A DNA stretch of 64,000 nt from Phormidesmis sp. (GTDB taxonomy: Bacteria > Cyanobacteriota > Cyanobacteriia > Leptolyngbyales > Leptolyngbyaceae), in contig CBDFJR010000005.1 in assembly GCA_965248535.1 (NCBI GenBank), positions 2,048,001-2,112,000 of the forward strand, in the 5' to 3' direction. The position numbers were made by a program, and so were the translations under genes. Under the pieces are notes generated by a model that ran no database searches, was not told the origin of the DNA, and worked only from the letters and a program-made list of their open reading frames with translations. Below, piece after piece: positions 1 through 9,315 of this stretch. Each line of letters opens with the position of its first letter. The stretch's first letter is position 1.

Positions 1-1
1 T

Positions 2-816
2 CGCGGTTATGCACTGCGTCAGTCAGAACGCTACGAAGAGGCGATCGCTAACTTTGACCAAGCGCTGAAATACAAACCGGATGACCATTATGCCTGGTAC
101 TCTCGCGGCAGTGCACTGACGATTTACAACGCTACGAAGAAGGGATCGCCAGCTATGATGAAGCGCTGAAATACAAACCGAACGACGATGGAGTCTGGAA
201 GGATCGCGGCAGTGCACTGTTTAGTTTACAACGCTATGAGGAGGCGATCACCAGTGTTGACCAGACACTCAAACTCAAACCGGACGACGATACAGCTTGG
301 TTCATTCGCGGCAGTGCACTGTTTAGTTTACAACGCTATGAGGAGGCGATCACCAGTGTTGACCAGACACTCAAACTCAAACCGGACGACGGTACAGCTT
401 GGTTGATTCGCGGTGCTGCACTGGATCATTTAGAACGCTATGAGGAAGCGATCGCCAGCTATGACCAAGCCCTGAAGTACAAACCAGATGACCATTATGC
501 CTGGTACTATCGCGGCTTTGCACTGCATAAGTTAGAACGCTATGAAGAGGCGATCGCCGGCTATGACCAAGCCCTGAAACACAAACCGGAAGACTATGCA
601 GCCTGGTACAATCGCGGCAATGCACTGCGTAATTTACAACGCTATGAAGAGGCGATCGCCAGCTATGACCAAGCCCTGAAACACAAACCGGAAGACGATG
701 CAACCTGGTGCAATCGCGGCAATGCACTGTTTGATTTACAACGCTACGAAGAAGCGATCGCCAGTTATGACCAGGCACTCAAACTTAAACCCGACAACGC
801 TAATGCAATCTACAAC
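2..816 (+). repeat. Eight tandem 102-bp TPR-coding units
   Basis: Units start at 2, 104 (101 nt), 205, 307, 409, 511, 613 and 715. Units 3 and 4 differ at 2 of 102 nt. Confidence 0.95.
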
Positions 817-987
817 AAAGCTTGTTGTTATGGGTTGCAGGGTCAGGTTGAATTAGCGATAGCCACCCTCAAGCAAGCGATCGACCTCGACCCCAAATAT
901 CGTGAGATGGCAAAAACCAATGCTGATTTTGATAGGGTTCGCAGCGACGATCGGTTTCAGGCTTTACTCGACGAATCGGTAGAATAA
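2..987 (+). CDS. TPR-repeat protein, 3' part (starts before the window), 1-nt frameshift at ~119
   Basis: Frame 2 reads RGYALRQSERYEEAIANFDQALKYKPDDHYAWYSRGSAL; the repeat continues in frame 1 from 121 to TAA at 987. Eight 34-aa TPRs plus a C-terminal cap (YNKACCY...DFDRVRSDDRFQALL). Confidence 0.88.
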
Positions 988-1035
988 GACAGAGAAGGAG
1001 CGATCGTCGTGGAAGCACTTGCTAAAAATAACGGT

Positions 1036-1260
1036 ATGAACTATCAAAACATCATCACGATCGAACCCGGCAAACGCAGTGGAAAACCTTGCATTCGAGG
1101 AATGCGAATCACCGTTTATGATGTGTTGTCTTATCTCGCTTCAGGCATGACTTACCAGCAAGTTCTCGACGATTTTCCATACCTAACGCAAGAAGACATC
1201 CTAGCCTGTCTGAGCTACGCGGCTGACCGAGAAAGACAGACCCTCGTCGCCCAAGCATGA
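1036..1260 (+). CDS. DUF433 family putative antitoxin
   Basis: ITIEPGKRSGKPCIRGMRITVYDVLSYLASG...FPYLTQEDILACLSYAA. Confidence 0.9.
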   Translation: MNYQNIITIEPGKRSGKPCIRGMRITVYDVLSYLASGMTYQQVLDDFPYLTQEDILACLSYAADRERQTLVAQA

Positions 1261-1589
1261 AACTTTTGTATGACCAAAACCTATCGCCTCGCCTCGTCGA
1301 TCGCCTTGCAGACTTATATCCAAATTCAAGACACGTTTATGAAATTGGGCTTGATCGATCAGACGATTCAATTTTGTGGAATTATGCTCAACAGCATGAC
1401 TTTATCATCGCGACCAGAGACGCAGACTTTAATGATATCAGCCTAATTCGTGGCTTTCCGCCCAAAGTTGTATGGGTTCGTCGGGGAAATTGTTCGACTC
1501 GTGATATCGAAACCATGTTGCGATCGCACTTTGACACAATTCAATCCTTAAATGAAAACCCAAACGCTGGAATGCTGACCTTATTCTGA
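1257..1589 (+). CDS. DUF5615 PIN-like putative toxin
   Basis: MKLLYDQNLS...DDSILWNYAQ...IATRDADF...PPKVVW; ATGA overlap with DUF433. Confidence 0.88.
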   Translation: MKLLYDQNLSPRLVDRLADLYPNSRHVYEIGLDRSDDSILWNYAQQHDFIIATRDADFNDISLIRGFPPKVVWVRRGNCSTRDIETMLRSHFDTIQSLNENPNAGMLTLF

Positions 1590-1734
1590 GTAAAAATGCT
1601 CCTTGTTAGACTAGTGGTTGCTTCGTAGTTCCCGAAGGGTAGTCGATTTCAGGCGTTACTCAACGAATCGGTAGAATAAAACAAAGCAGCCCGATCGTCG
1701 TAGAAGCACTCGGAAACTAACGCCTAAAGCTTCG

Positions 1735-1779
1735 TCCACCAACAGAACCAGTCCACCGAAACTCCACCAACAGAACCAG
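1735..1779 (+). repeat. 17-bp direct repeat TCCACCAACAGAACCAG (two copies)
   Basis: Exact copies at 1735-1751 and 1763-1779. Confidence 0.8.
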
Positions 1780-1795
1780 CTAGGAGAATCAGCAA

Positions 1796-2099
1796 ATGGT
1801 GACAACTCCCAAACAGGTGCTTTCGGTTCCGCCTTTAGAGAACAGCGATCGGCTCACGCGCCACGAGTTTGAGCGGCGATATCAAGCCATGCCACGGGTC
1901 AAAAAAGCTGAACTCATCGAAGGTGTAACCTACATGGCATCCCCGCTTCGCATCAAAAGCCATGGTGAACCTCACGGACTGTTCATGACTTGGCTCGGAA
2001 CCTACAGAGCCTTCACGCCAACCGTAATTTTGGGAGACAATCCCACTGTGCGGCTAGATCCAGACAATGAGCCGCAGCCTGATGCAGTGCTGTGCGTCC
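1796..2099 (+). pseudogene. Uma2 (DUF820) endonuclease, truncated by IS6
   Basis: PPLENSDRLTRHEFERRY...KAELIEG...EPQPDAVL, then homology stops at the IS end. Confidence 0.88.
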
Positions 2100-2663
2100 G
2101 GTTCTGTCGCAAAAATTTCAAAGTGATAAGCGAACTGGTCTCGTTCGTATTGCTTTAAGCAATTACCCCAAAGAGTTCGTTGATGAATCTTGCTTGAGAT
2201 GCACCATCCCCTTGGTTGATTCCTTTCACTTGCCCTTTGCGAAGCATCGCCATTGCCTCGATCCCTCGCAATGTTCTGATTGCTGTGTTGAATGACTGAA
2301 CTCCCATCATTGGTTTGACAATTCGTTTGATGTACCGGTGGTCTTGCTCAATCAGGGTGTTCAAATCATCGACTCTCCACGAGTCGTTCGGGGGATTCAA
2401 GAACGGACGCATCCGCTTGTCGAGTTCTGGCGCGAATCGCAGGACTCACCGATTGAGAGTGGAATGATCAACTGCGACTCCGCGCTCCGCCATCATCACC
2501 TCCAAATCTCGGTAGCTCAGGGAATAACGACAATACCACCGCACGTTCAGCAAGATGATTTCAGGCAAGAAGTGCCGCCATTTGAACAGGGAATCAGTCG
2601 TCATTTAGAGCAAGGCTAGAGAAAATTGAGTTTCCACACCCTACTATATTTTGCGACACAACC
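2100..2663 (-). mobile_element. IS6-family element, internally deleted
   Basis: Terminal IRs GGTTCTGTCGCAAAA (2100) and TTTTGCGACACAACC (ends 2663). Transposase remnant 2604-2155: FKWRHF..IILLNVRWYCRY, in-frame stop, then SWRVD fused directly to LNTLIEQDHR. Confidence 0.9.
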
Positions 2664-2775
2664 CAACAAGGAGCGCGCTTTCAAAAAATGCTCGAAGATG
2701 ATAAGGAATAGTCGGCTAGCGCCAGCGTGCAACATCGTCGAGCGTCAACATTAGAATGAGAGAATCGTTATCTAT

Positions 2776-4110
2776 TTGATCGCTGTGGTTTTCAACCGTT
2801 TTACAATTTTTCTGGGTTTAGCTGCCCTGCTGATGTTGCCCGTTGCTGGCTGCTCTAACAGTCCGGTTGGCAAGTCGTTTCAGGGTGCCTTTGAAGCTGA
2901 CCCACGATTAAGAGATAATGCGGCGATCGGGGCCGTGCAAACCCCCCAGCCTAGTCCTGCGGCTCAAACTGATCAGGTGCAGCTACCTGCTAACTTTCCG
3001 GCTGAGATTCCGATCTATCCCACCCGATCGCTGCTCGAAGTTAACCCCAATCAGCCTAATCAAGGGGTGCTGACTCGCTGGAGCAGCCCAGACAAGAGCG
3101 ATCGCATCGTCGCGTTTTATCTGCAAGCTCTGCAAAAAGACGGCTGGAAACTAGACGGACAACCGATCGACAAGATTCAAGGCACCTTTGAAGCCAATCG
3201 AGAAGGACTGCAAGCGATCGTCACCGTTCAGTCTAATAGCCCGCCCGGAAGCAACGCTGGATTTTCGATTCAAACTAGCCGCTCTCAGCCCACGCCAGCC
3301 GCCGCCGCGAGTGGTAGTGTACCCAAGCCTGGTAGTCCTGATTTTATTGGCCCAGTGGCTCAAACAACGGCACCTTCTGCAAACAGCGTGGCTGCTGCGT
3401 CAGGGCCGCAAGCTTTTACGGATTTAGACAAAGCCCCTAAAGAATTAAGTCAATACGCTAAGGATTTAGCCCAGCTAGGAGTTTTATCGATCGCGTCTAA
3501 CAACAAGTCAGGGTCAAGCAAACCTCAGACCTTGTTTGAACCCAACAAATCAATTACTCGCCGAGACTATGCGCGCTGGCTCGTAGCCGCCAACAATCGC
3601 ATCTATACAAGCCGTCCGGCTAGACAAATTCGGTTGGGTGTAGACACCTCGCAGCCTGCTTTTCAAGATGTTTCCCGCACCGATCCTGATTTTCCTGCCA
3701 TTCAGGGGCTAGCAGAGTCGGGGTTAATCTCTAGCGCACTTTCGGGAGACAGCACCACGGTGTTGTTTCGTCCTGATGCGTCTCTGAGCCGTGAAGATTT
3801 AATTTTGTGGAAGCTGCCGATCGACACCCGTCAAACGCTGCCGAGTGCCACGATCGATGCGGTAAGGCAAACCTGGGGCTTTCAAGATGCCGATCGCATT
3901 GACTCAAAAGCGCTGCGGGCAGTGTTGGCAGACTTTCAGAATGGCGATCAAGCCAATATTCGCAGGGCGTTTGGCTACACGACTCTGTTTCAACCTAAGC
4001 GCACGGTGACACGAGCAGAGGCAGCGGCGGTGCTTTGGTATTTTGGTTTTCAAAGCGATGGGTTTTCGGCAACTGAGGCCCTCAAGGGTGGGGGGCGATC
4101 AAATCCTTAG
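2776..4110 (+). CDS. S-layer homology (SLH) domain lipoprotein
   Basis: Lipobox VAGC; SLH motifs AFTDL, FEPNKSITRRDYARWL, FRPDASLSRE, FQPKRTVTRAEAAA. Confidence 0.85.
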   Translation: MIAVVFNRFTIFLGLAALLMLPVAGCSNSPVGKSFQGAFEADPRLRDNAAIGAVQTPQPSPAAQTDQVQLPANFPAEIPIYPTRSLLEVNPNQPNQGVLTRWSSPDKSDRIVAFYLQALQKDGWKLDGQPIDKIQGTFEANREGLQAIVTVQSNSPPGSNAGFSIQTSRSQPTPAAAASGSVPKPGSPDFIGPVAQTTAPSANSVAAASGPQAFTDLDKAPKELSQYAKDLAQLGVLSIASNNKSGSSKPQTLFEPNKSITRRDYARWLVAANNRIYTSRPARQIRLGVDTSQPAFQDVSRTDPDFPAIQGLAESGLISSALSGDSTTVLFRPDASLSREDLILWKLPIDTRQTLPSATIDAVRQTWGFQDADRIDSKALRAVLADFQNGDQANIRRAFGYTTLFQPKRTVTRAEAAAVLWYFGFQSDGFSATEALKGGGRSNP

Positions 4111-4217
4111 AATTTCTAGCCATGCCCTTCCGCAAACTTTGGGTTTCTTAACGGACATTCTGTGGAAATTGAGAGCTAGTTCTGTAGTTACTAGCATCGT
4201 CACTGTGGTTTCTGGTT

Positions 4218-5078
4218 ATGAAGAGAGCACCCTGGATTATTACGATCGCGGTTTCATCGGCGGCGATTTTAGGCGCAGGCATAGCGGCAACGATGCACTC
4301 CAATTCCTCAAGTCAGCCGTCTGCTTCACCCGTTGCGGCTGCTCCTGATGTGTCGTCTCCTGCGCCGAGTGATGCTGCCTCCCCAGAGCCAAGCCCATCG
4401 CCCAAACTGGACGATTTTCCGCATCAGCGCCTTGCCCTCACCGATCGGACTCAGAGCGATCCTGAGTTTGCAAAATTTCGTCAACAGTTGCAGCAAGCGA
4501 TTCAAAAGCGAGATGCAGACTTTGTATCAGCGCTGATTCCACCCAAGGGACTCCCCCTAGGGTTTGGCAAACCCAGCACCGCTAAAGAACTGAAGCTAGA
4601 TGACCCCAAAGCTCTGATTTGGAGCCTTTTAGAAAAAGCAACGGGGTCAAATTGTGGGTTTGCCGACCCCAACGCTGCAACGGCTGCTAAAGGTTGGATT
4701 TGTCCTACGGTGTCGCGTGATTTTTATCAACAATATCCGCCTAAACCTGATGCACCTCCCGGTTTAGACTATGAGTTGTCTAACGTGATTGTGGTGGGCG
4801 ATCGGGTGAATGTCCGCGCCCTTCCCAATCTCAACAGCGACGTGGTGGCTGTGTTGTCTAACGAAGTCGTCAAGTTTGATAAAAAGCGATTTGAAAATAG
4901 CCAAGAAGAGAAAATTAACGCCCGTAACCCCATCAGCGATTGGACTCCGGTTATTTTGCCCAACCGCAAACAGGGGTATGTTTATAATCGCTATGCCTAT
5001 CAGCCGCTAGAAAATAGAGCCATTTTTAAGAAAATTAATGGCAAGTGGCAAATCACCGAAATGCCAGGAGGCGATTAA
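4218..5078 (+). CDS. Secreted/membrane-anchored protein with SH3b-like domain
   Basis: N-terminal hydrophobic helix, Pro/Ser linker, VNVRALPNLNSDVVAVL...W...GYVY. Confidence 0.65.
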   Translation: MKRAPWIITIAVSSAAILGAGIAATMHSNSSSQPSASPVAAAPDVSSPAPSDAASPEPSPSPKLDDFPHQRLALTDRTQSDPEFAKFRQQLQQAIQKRDADFVSALIPPKGLPLGFGKPSTAKELKLDDPKALIWSLLEKATGSNCGFADPNAATAAKGWICPTVSRDFYQQYPPKPDAPPGLDYELSNVIVVGDRVNVRALPNLNSDVVAVLSNEVVKFDKKRFENSQEEKINARNPISDWTPVILPNRKQGYVYNRYAYQPLENRAIFKKINGKWQITEMPGGD

Positions 5079-5087
5079 CCCAACCCC

Positions 5088-5774
5088 ATGAAACCCTATC
5101 AGCAGATTCCGATTTTTGAATGTGGTGAAGCGATCGTGGACATTCCCGCTCAGTTTTCGCGGGTGTCTCCTCATCCCTACGAGAAATTGGGTGCGCCTTA
5201 TGAGTCCCGATCTCCGTTTTATCTACGGCAGGGAGTCGTCGATCGTCTCCTCATCGCCCAGCAAATCTTGCAAAAAGATCATCCCCATTGGCGAATTCAG
5301 ATTTTTGATGCTTATCGCCCGGTGGCGGTGCAGCAGTTTATGGTCGATTACACCTTTTTAGAAGTGGCCCAGACCCAAAATTTAGCGCCAGACACGCTCA
5401 GTGATGAGCAGCGTCAAGATCTGTTGCATCAGGTCTACCAGTTTTGGGCAGTTCCCAATCTTGATCCGGCTCTGCCGCCCCCCCACAGCACCGGAGCCGC
5501 GATCGATGTCACGCTAATTGATGAAAGTGGATCGGCGATCGAGATGGGTTCTCCGATCGATGAGATTTCTGAGCGATCGTTTCCTGACCACTTTGCGATC
5601 GATTCCGATTTCTATCAGCGTCGCCAGATTTTGAACTATGCGATGACCACCGCCGGATTCAAACGCCATTGGCATGAATGGTGGCATTTTTCCTACGGCG
5701 ATCAGATTTGGGCGTGGTTGATGAACCAAGAAAAGCCCGATCGCTCTTTTGTGGCGAAATATGGGCGAGTTTGA
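5088..5774 (+). CDS. D-Ala-D-Ala dipeptidase (M15D, VanX/DdpX-like)
   Basis: IFDAYRP, HSTGAAIDVTL and EWWHFSYGD motifs. Confidence 0.9.
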   Translation: MKPYQQIPIFECGEAIVDIPAQFSRVSPHPYEKLGAPYESRSPFYLRQGVVDRLLIAQQILQKDHPHWRIQIFDAYRPVAVQQFMVDYTFLEVAQTQNLAPDTLSDEQRQDLLHQVYQFWAVPNLDPALPPPHSTGAAIDVTLIDESGSAIEMGSPIDEISERSFPDHFAIDSDFYQRRQILNYAMTTAGFKRHWHEWWHFSYGDQIWAWLMNQEKPDRSFVAKYGRV

Positions 5775-5865
5775 GACCTACAGAATAGAGAAATTGGGTG
5801 ACCTATTGAATAGTTAATAACAGATTCTGAATCCCGATGAACCTTTCATCTAGTGCGATCGCAGT

Positions 5866-6144
5866 TCACGCAGGTTTTTGAGGAGCCAGTTTTTCAGTAA
5901 CCTTTTCTTGTACTTTTCCTTGAAACCCTGCCACCAATTCTTCTACTTCTTGCCGAGATAGCACATCTCCAAATCGATTAGACACTAGCTCTACCAGCGT
6001 TGCAAAATCGCTATTGAAAAGCTCTAGGCGCAGCATTTCTCCAAAACGATTGCCCAGATCTGCGCCTGCACTAATCACGCCACCTGCCTCTTTTTCAATT
6101 TGCGCGAGTTCCCTGGCTTGCGCCTCCGTAAACCTTGAATCCAT
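5866..6144 (-). CDS. Hypothetical 92-aa protein
   Basis: ATG ORF 34 nt downstream of the GNAT gene, same strand. Confidence 0.6.
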   Translation of the reverse strand: MDSRFTEAQARELAQIEKEAGGVISAGADLGNRFGEMLRLELFNSDFATLVELVSNRFGDVLSRQEVEELVAGFQGKVQEKVTEKLAPQKPA

Positions 6145-6178
6145 AAGTTCTCTTACAATAGACCAATCACACTACACC

Positions 6179-6736
6179 CTACCAATCAAACTCATCTATC
6201 AACGAGAGGCGAGGACGATACCATTCAAAATATCGCAAGTTCTCGTAGTCTTCATCCAGATCGCAGTCTGCCATATTCAACTTTTGGTAAAATGCTTCTG
6301 CCTCTGGCAAGGAATGCACACCCACTAATCCACCGTACCCCAACTCTTCACTTCGGAGTTGAGCAAATCGCATGAGCGTACCTCCCACCGCCCGAAATTC
6401 AATCGGGGTTTGCAAATCTGCTCGATTCCAGGGAGCCGTTGCCAATCGACTCACATAGACAATCCGCCGACTTTGATCAAAGAACGATCGCTTTCCCCTC
6501 GTCCGGATCATCATTAGACCTTGCGTCATTTGCTCATGCTCGATCGCGTATCCTTCTGCTTCACCAATAGACACTAGAATGCGCTGCTTCCATTCCCAAT
6601 CGAAAAATTTATCAGCCGCTTCGACTTGCTGTAGCTGAGATTTCCAGAAGGTTTCGTAATCGTCGAGGTGTTTCTCTGTTAGCGTCACCAGTGACCCTAT
6701 AACGATCGCTCCACTGCTGACTCGAATCAATGGCAC
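6179..6736 (-). CDS. GNAT-family acetyltransferase
   Basis: YVSRLATAPWNR, FRAVGGTLM, VHSLPEAEAFY; GAGGT RBS before the GTG start. Confidence 0.72.
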   Translation of the reverse strand: MPLIRVSSGAIVIGSLVTLTEKHLDDYETFWKSQLQQVEAADKFFDWEWKQRILVSIGEAEGYAIEHEQMTQGLMMIRTRGKRSFFDQSRRIVYVSRLATAPWNRADLQTPIEFRAVGGTLMRFAQLRSEELGYGGLVGVHSLPEAEAFYQKLNMADCDLDEDYENLRYFEWYRPRLSLIDEFDW

Positions 6737-6962
6737 TTATAGGGCACCTCGATTTGGATCGACACAGCAGGCTTTCATACAAACTTCAGCATTGAAATAC
6801 TAACACTGTAGGGATCGCAACTGAATCTCTGGTCAACGAGATCGCGCCACCACTCAATTCATACTCATTCACAGTTGCTTACAAGGCTGATCTTGTTTAA
6901 GTTGCAGATCGTCTGTTAGCATCGTTTAGATTTCGTTCGATCGCTGGGTCGTAAACCACTCA

Positions 6963-8258
6963 TCAAGAATCGAGCACATTGCGAATGACTTGGTAAATAG
7001 ATTCAAGTTCACTGTCTGTAATGCAATAAGGCGGCATTAAATACAGCGTGTTGCCGAGTGGACGAATGAAAAATCCTAATTCTAGGAAGCGATCGCGCAA
7101 CTCAGCCCCGATCGTGTTGAAATAACCTGAGGTCTCCTGAGTAGTAATCTCCATAGCGACGATCGTGCCACAGACTCGAACCGATTCAATTCTAGGATGT
7201 CCTTTGAGCCAAACTTCTAAATAGCGGCGGTGCAAGGCTTCTAGCGATCGAAATCTTTGGGGAGTTTGTTCCAATAAATTCAAAGAGGTTAACCCCGTCG
7301 CACACGCTAGCGGATTGCCCGTGTAGGAGTGACCGTGGAGAAACATCTTACTTGTGTCGTCGCTATAAAACGCTTGATAGATTTCCTCAGTTGCGAGGGT
7401 GACCGCTAACGGTAAACAGCCGCCCGACAGCCCCTTTGAGAGGCAGAGAATATCAGGAGCCGTGCCAGACTTTGAGCAAGCAAATAGCTCTCCGGTGCGC
7501 CCGAATCCGGTCATTACTTCGTCGTAGATCATCAGCACACCGAATTGACGAGCGATCGTGTGCAGCGATCGTAGAAATTCGGGGCGACACATCCGCATTC
7601 CTCCGGCTCCTTGAATCAGCGGCTCGATAAAAATTCCGGCGTAGGTCTCTTGTTTTAGGAGCGATTCAATCTGCTCAAGGGCCTGGGATTCTTTAAACTC
7701 AACATCGGGATCATCATCAAACGTCGCCGGAAATGGAACGGTATTCATTTCAATCAACAACGGTCGAAACGGCTCCCACCATGAGCAGCCGATGCCAAGG
7801 GACATGGCCCCGATCGTGTCTCCGTGATAGCCCTTCTCAAAGACAAGAAATCGAGTTCGATTGGTTTCGCCTTGGTTGAGCCAATATTGATAGGCCATTT
7901 TGAGGGCTGCCTCGATCGCGGTTGACCCGTTATCGGTGAAAAAGACTCGTGTTAATGAGTCAGGTACATGGGTGAGCAATTTTCGCGCCAACTGTTCCGC
8001 CGGGTCGTGAGTGAAGTTAGCAAAAATCACCTGTTCGAGTTGCTGGGCCTGGTGATAAAGGGCCTCAGCTAAGGCAGGATGCCCGTGCCCGTGAATGGTC
8101 ACCCACCAGCTTGAAATGCAGTCTAAAATCCGTCGCCCGTCTTCGAGTTCTAGCCAGACTCCCTCGCCCTTAACCACCTTGAGCGGCGGCGGAGTCGTTT
8201 TCATCTGCGTATAGGGTCGCCAAATGGGAGAATCTGTCTCGTGATTAGGAAGGTTCAT
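6963..8258 (-). CDS. bioA: Adenosylmethionine-8-amino-7-oxononanoate aminotransferase
   Basis: IWRPYTQM, SSWWVTIHGH, YHGDTIGAMS, DEVMTGFGRTG, SKGLSGG, HGHSYTGNPLACA. Confidence 0.95.
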   Translation of the reverse strand: MNLPNHETDSPIWRPYTQMKTTPPPLKVVKGEGVWLELEDGRRILDCISSWWVTIHGHGHPALAEALYHQAQQLEQVIFANFTHDPAEQLARKLLTHVPDSLTRVFFTDNGSTAIEAALKMAYQYWLNQGETNRTRFLVFEKGYHGDTIGAMSLGIGCSWWEPFRPLLIEMNTVPFPATFDDDPDVEFKESQALEQIESLLKQETYAGIFIEPLIQGAGGMRMCRPEFLRSLHTIARQFGVLMIYDEVMTGFGRTGELFACSKSGTAPDILCLSKGLSGGCLPLAVTLATEEIYQAFYSDDTSKMFLHGHSYTGNPLACATGLTSLNLLEQTPQRFRSLEALHRRYLEVWLKGHPRIESVRVCGTIVAMEITTQETSGYFNTIGAELRDRFLELGFFIRPLGNTLYLMPPYCITDSELESIYQVIRNVLDS

Positions 8259-9043
8259 TCTATAAAAATAACGTGACCGGACAGGAAAGAGCGCACGGTG
8301 CCATCCCAGAGTTGGAGTTGTAGACAGCCACGATCGTCAAGCCCGATCGCTTCACCTGAAGTCTGCTCTCCTGACCACTCGATCATGATTTGTTTGCCTA
8401 AGAGAGCATCACGATCGCGGATATCAGGCAACAGAGCAGAAAAACAAGATGAATGATGGGATGATTGCAAAAGCCCAGCAGTTTGCAATAGATAGTGACG
8501 TAATCGTTCTAATAATAGAATCTCATTGGGAACAATGGGAGCAACTTCGTGAAGACTAATTGGATTTCCAATGGTGTTAATCTCTGAATTTACAAAATTG
8601 GCACGGTGATTTAGACCAATTCCTACCACCAGTTTTGTGCCGTTGCTCAAATTGCTCGTCACGCCCTCACATAAAATTCCGGCTAACTTGCGCTGATTTA
8701 ACCACACATCGTTTGTCCATTTTAGGCGCAACTGAGGCCGCAAACTGGGAATCAAATCCTCGATCGCATAAATAGCGGCTAGCCCCGCGATCAGGCTAAA
8801 CCCCGATAGTTGGGCAGTGGGGATGCGATCGAGGACTATACTCAGCGTCAATACGCCAGGAGGCGAGTACCAAATGCGTCCCTGTTGTCCGCGACCGTGA
8901 GTTTGGCGACGAGTGAAAACGACCGTGCCGTGATCGAGTTGATCTAAGTGCTCGATCGCCCAAGTGTTGGTGCTGGGGCAGCTTTCTAACCAGGTTAACC
9001 ACGGCGGAAGAGGCGCGATCGCTGCAAAGGTATAGTCATTCAT
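8255..9043 (-). CDS. birA: Biotin-protein ligase (no N-terminal HTH)
   Basis: STNT, QTHGRGQQGRIWYSP, LKWTND, KLAGILCE, GIGLN; 4-nt overlap with bioA. Confidence 0.88.
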   Translation of the reverse strand: MNDYTFAAIAPLPPWLTWLESCPSTNTWAIEHLDQLDHGTVVFTRRQTHGRGQQGRIWYSPPGVLTLSIVLDRIPTAQLSGFSLIAGLAAIYAIEDLIPSLRPQLRLKWTNDVWLNQRKLAGILCEGVTSNLSNGTKLVVGIGLNHRANFVNSEINTIGNPISLHEVAPIVPNEILLLERLRHYLLQTAGLLQSSHHSSCFSALLPDIRDRDALLGKQIMIEWSGEQTSGEAIGLDDRGCLQLQLWDGTVRSFLSGHVIFIE

Positions 9044-9315
9044 GATGCCAATTGTTGACCCTTGAAGAGAATAGCATCTGGCTTGACCACGCAAGAATGA
9101 TCCAGTGCTCTATGCGCGTTGCAGTGATTAGCCTGGCAATCAAAGACCTAACAAAAAATCCTGCCACAGGCAGCGGGTATTGTTGCTGCTTGATTCTCTC
9201 AAACTTTGTTCATGCCAAACGAAAGTTCTGCCAGAGTCGGTCTAGCGGGGCTTAAAATTGATTATCGAAGTTAATTAATTTATCGAGCGATCGCCAGCCA
9301 ACCCGCGAGGTTTCT

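Larger units (their letters stand above)
951..1710 (+). repeat. Imperfect ~69-bp direct repeats (951-1019, 1643-1710) flanking the TA pair
   Basis: tcggtttcaggctttactcgacgaatcggtagaataa...cgatcgtcgtggaagcact versus tcgatttcaggcgttactcaacgaatcggtagaataa...cgatcgtcgtagaagcact. Confidence 0.9.

Noticed and set aside
23..778. ORFs 23-217(-), 188-406(+), 377-778(-)
   Set aside because: Shadow frames of the TPR repeats.
2..816. CRISPR array or complete DGR
   Set aside because: Units are contiguous 102-bp coding repeats without spacers; no cas, RT or template repeat is visible in the window.
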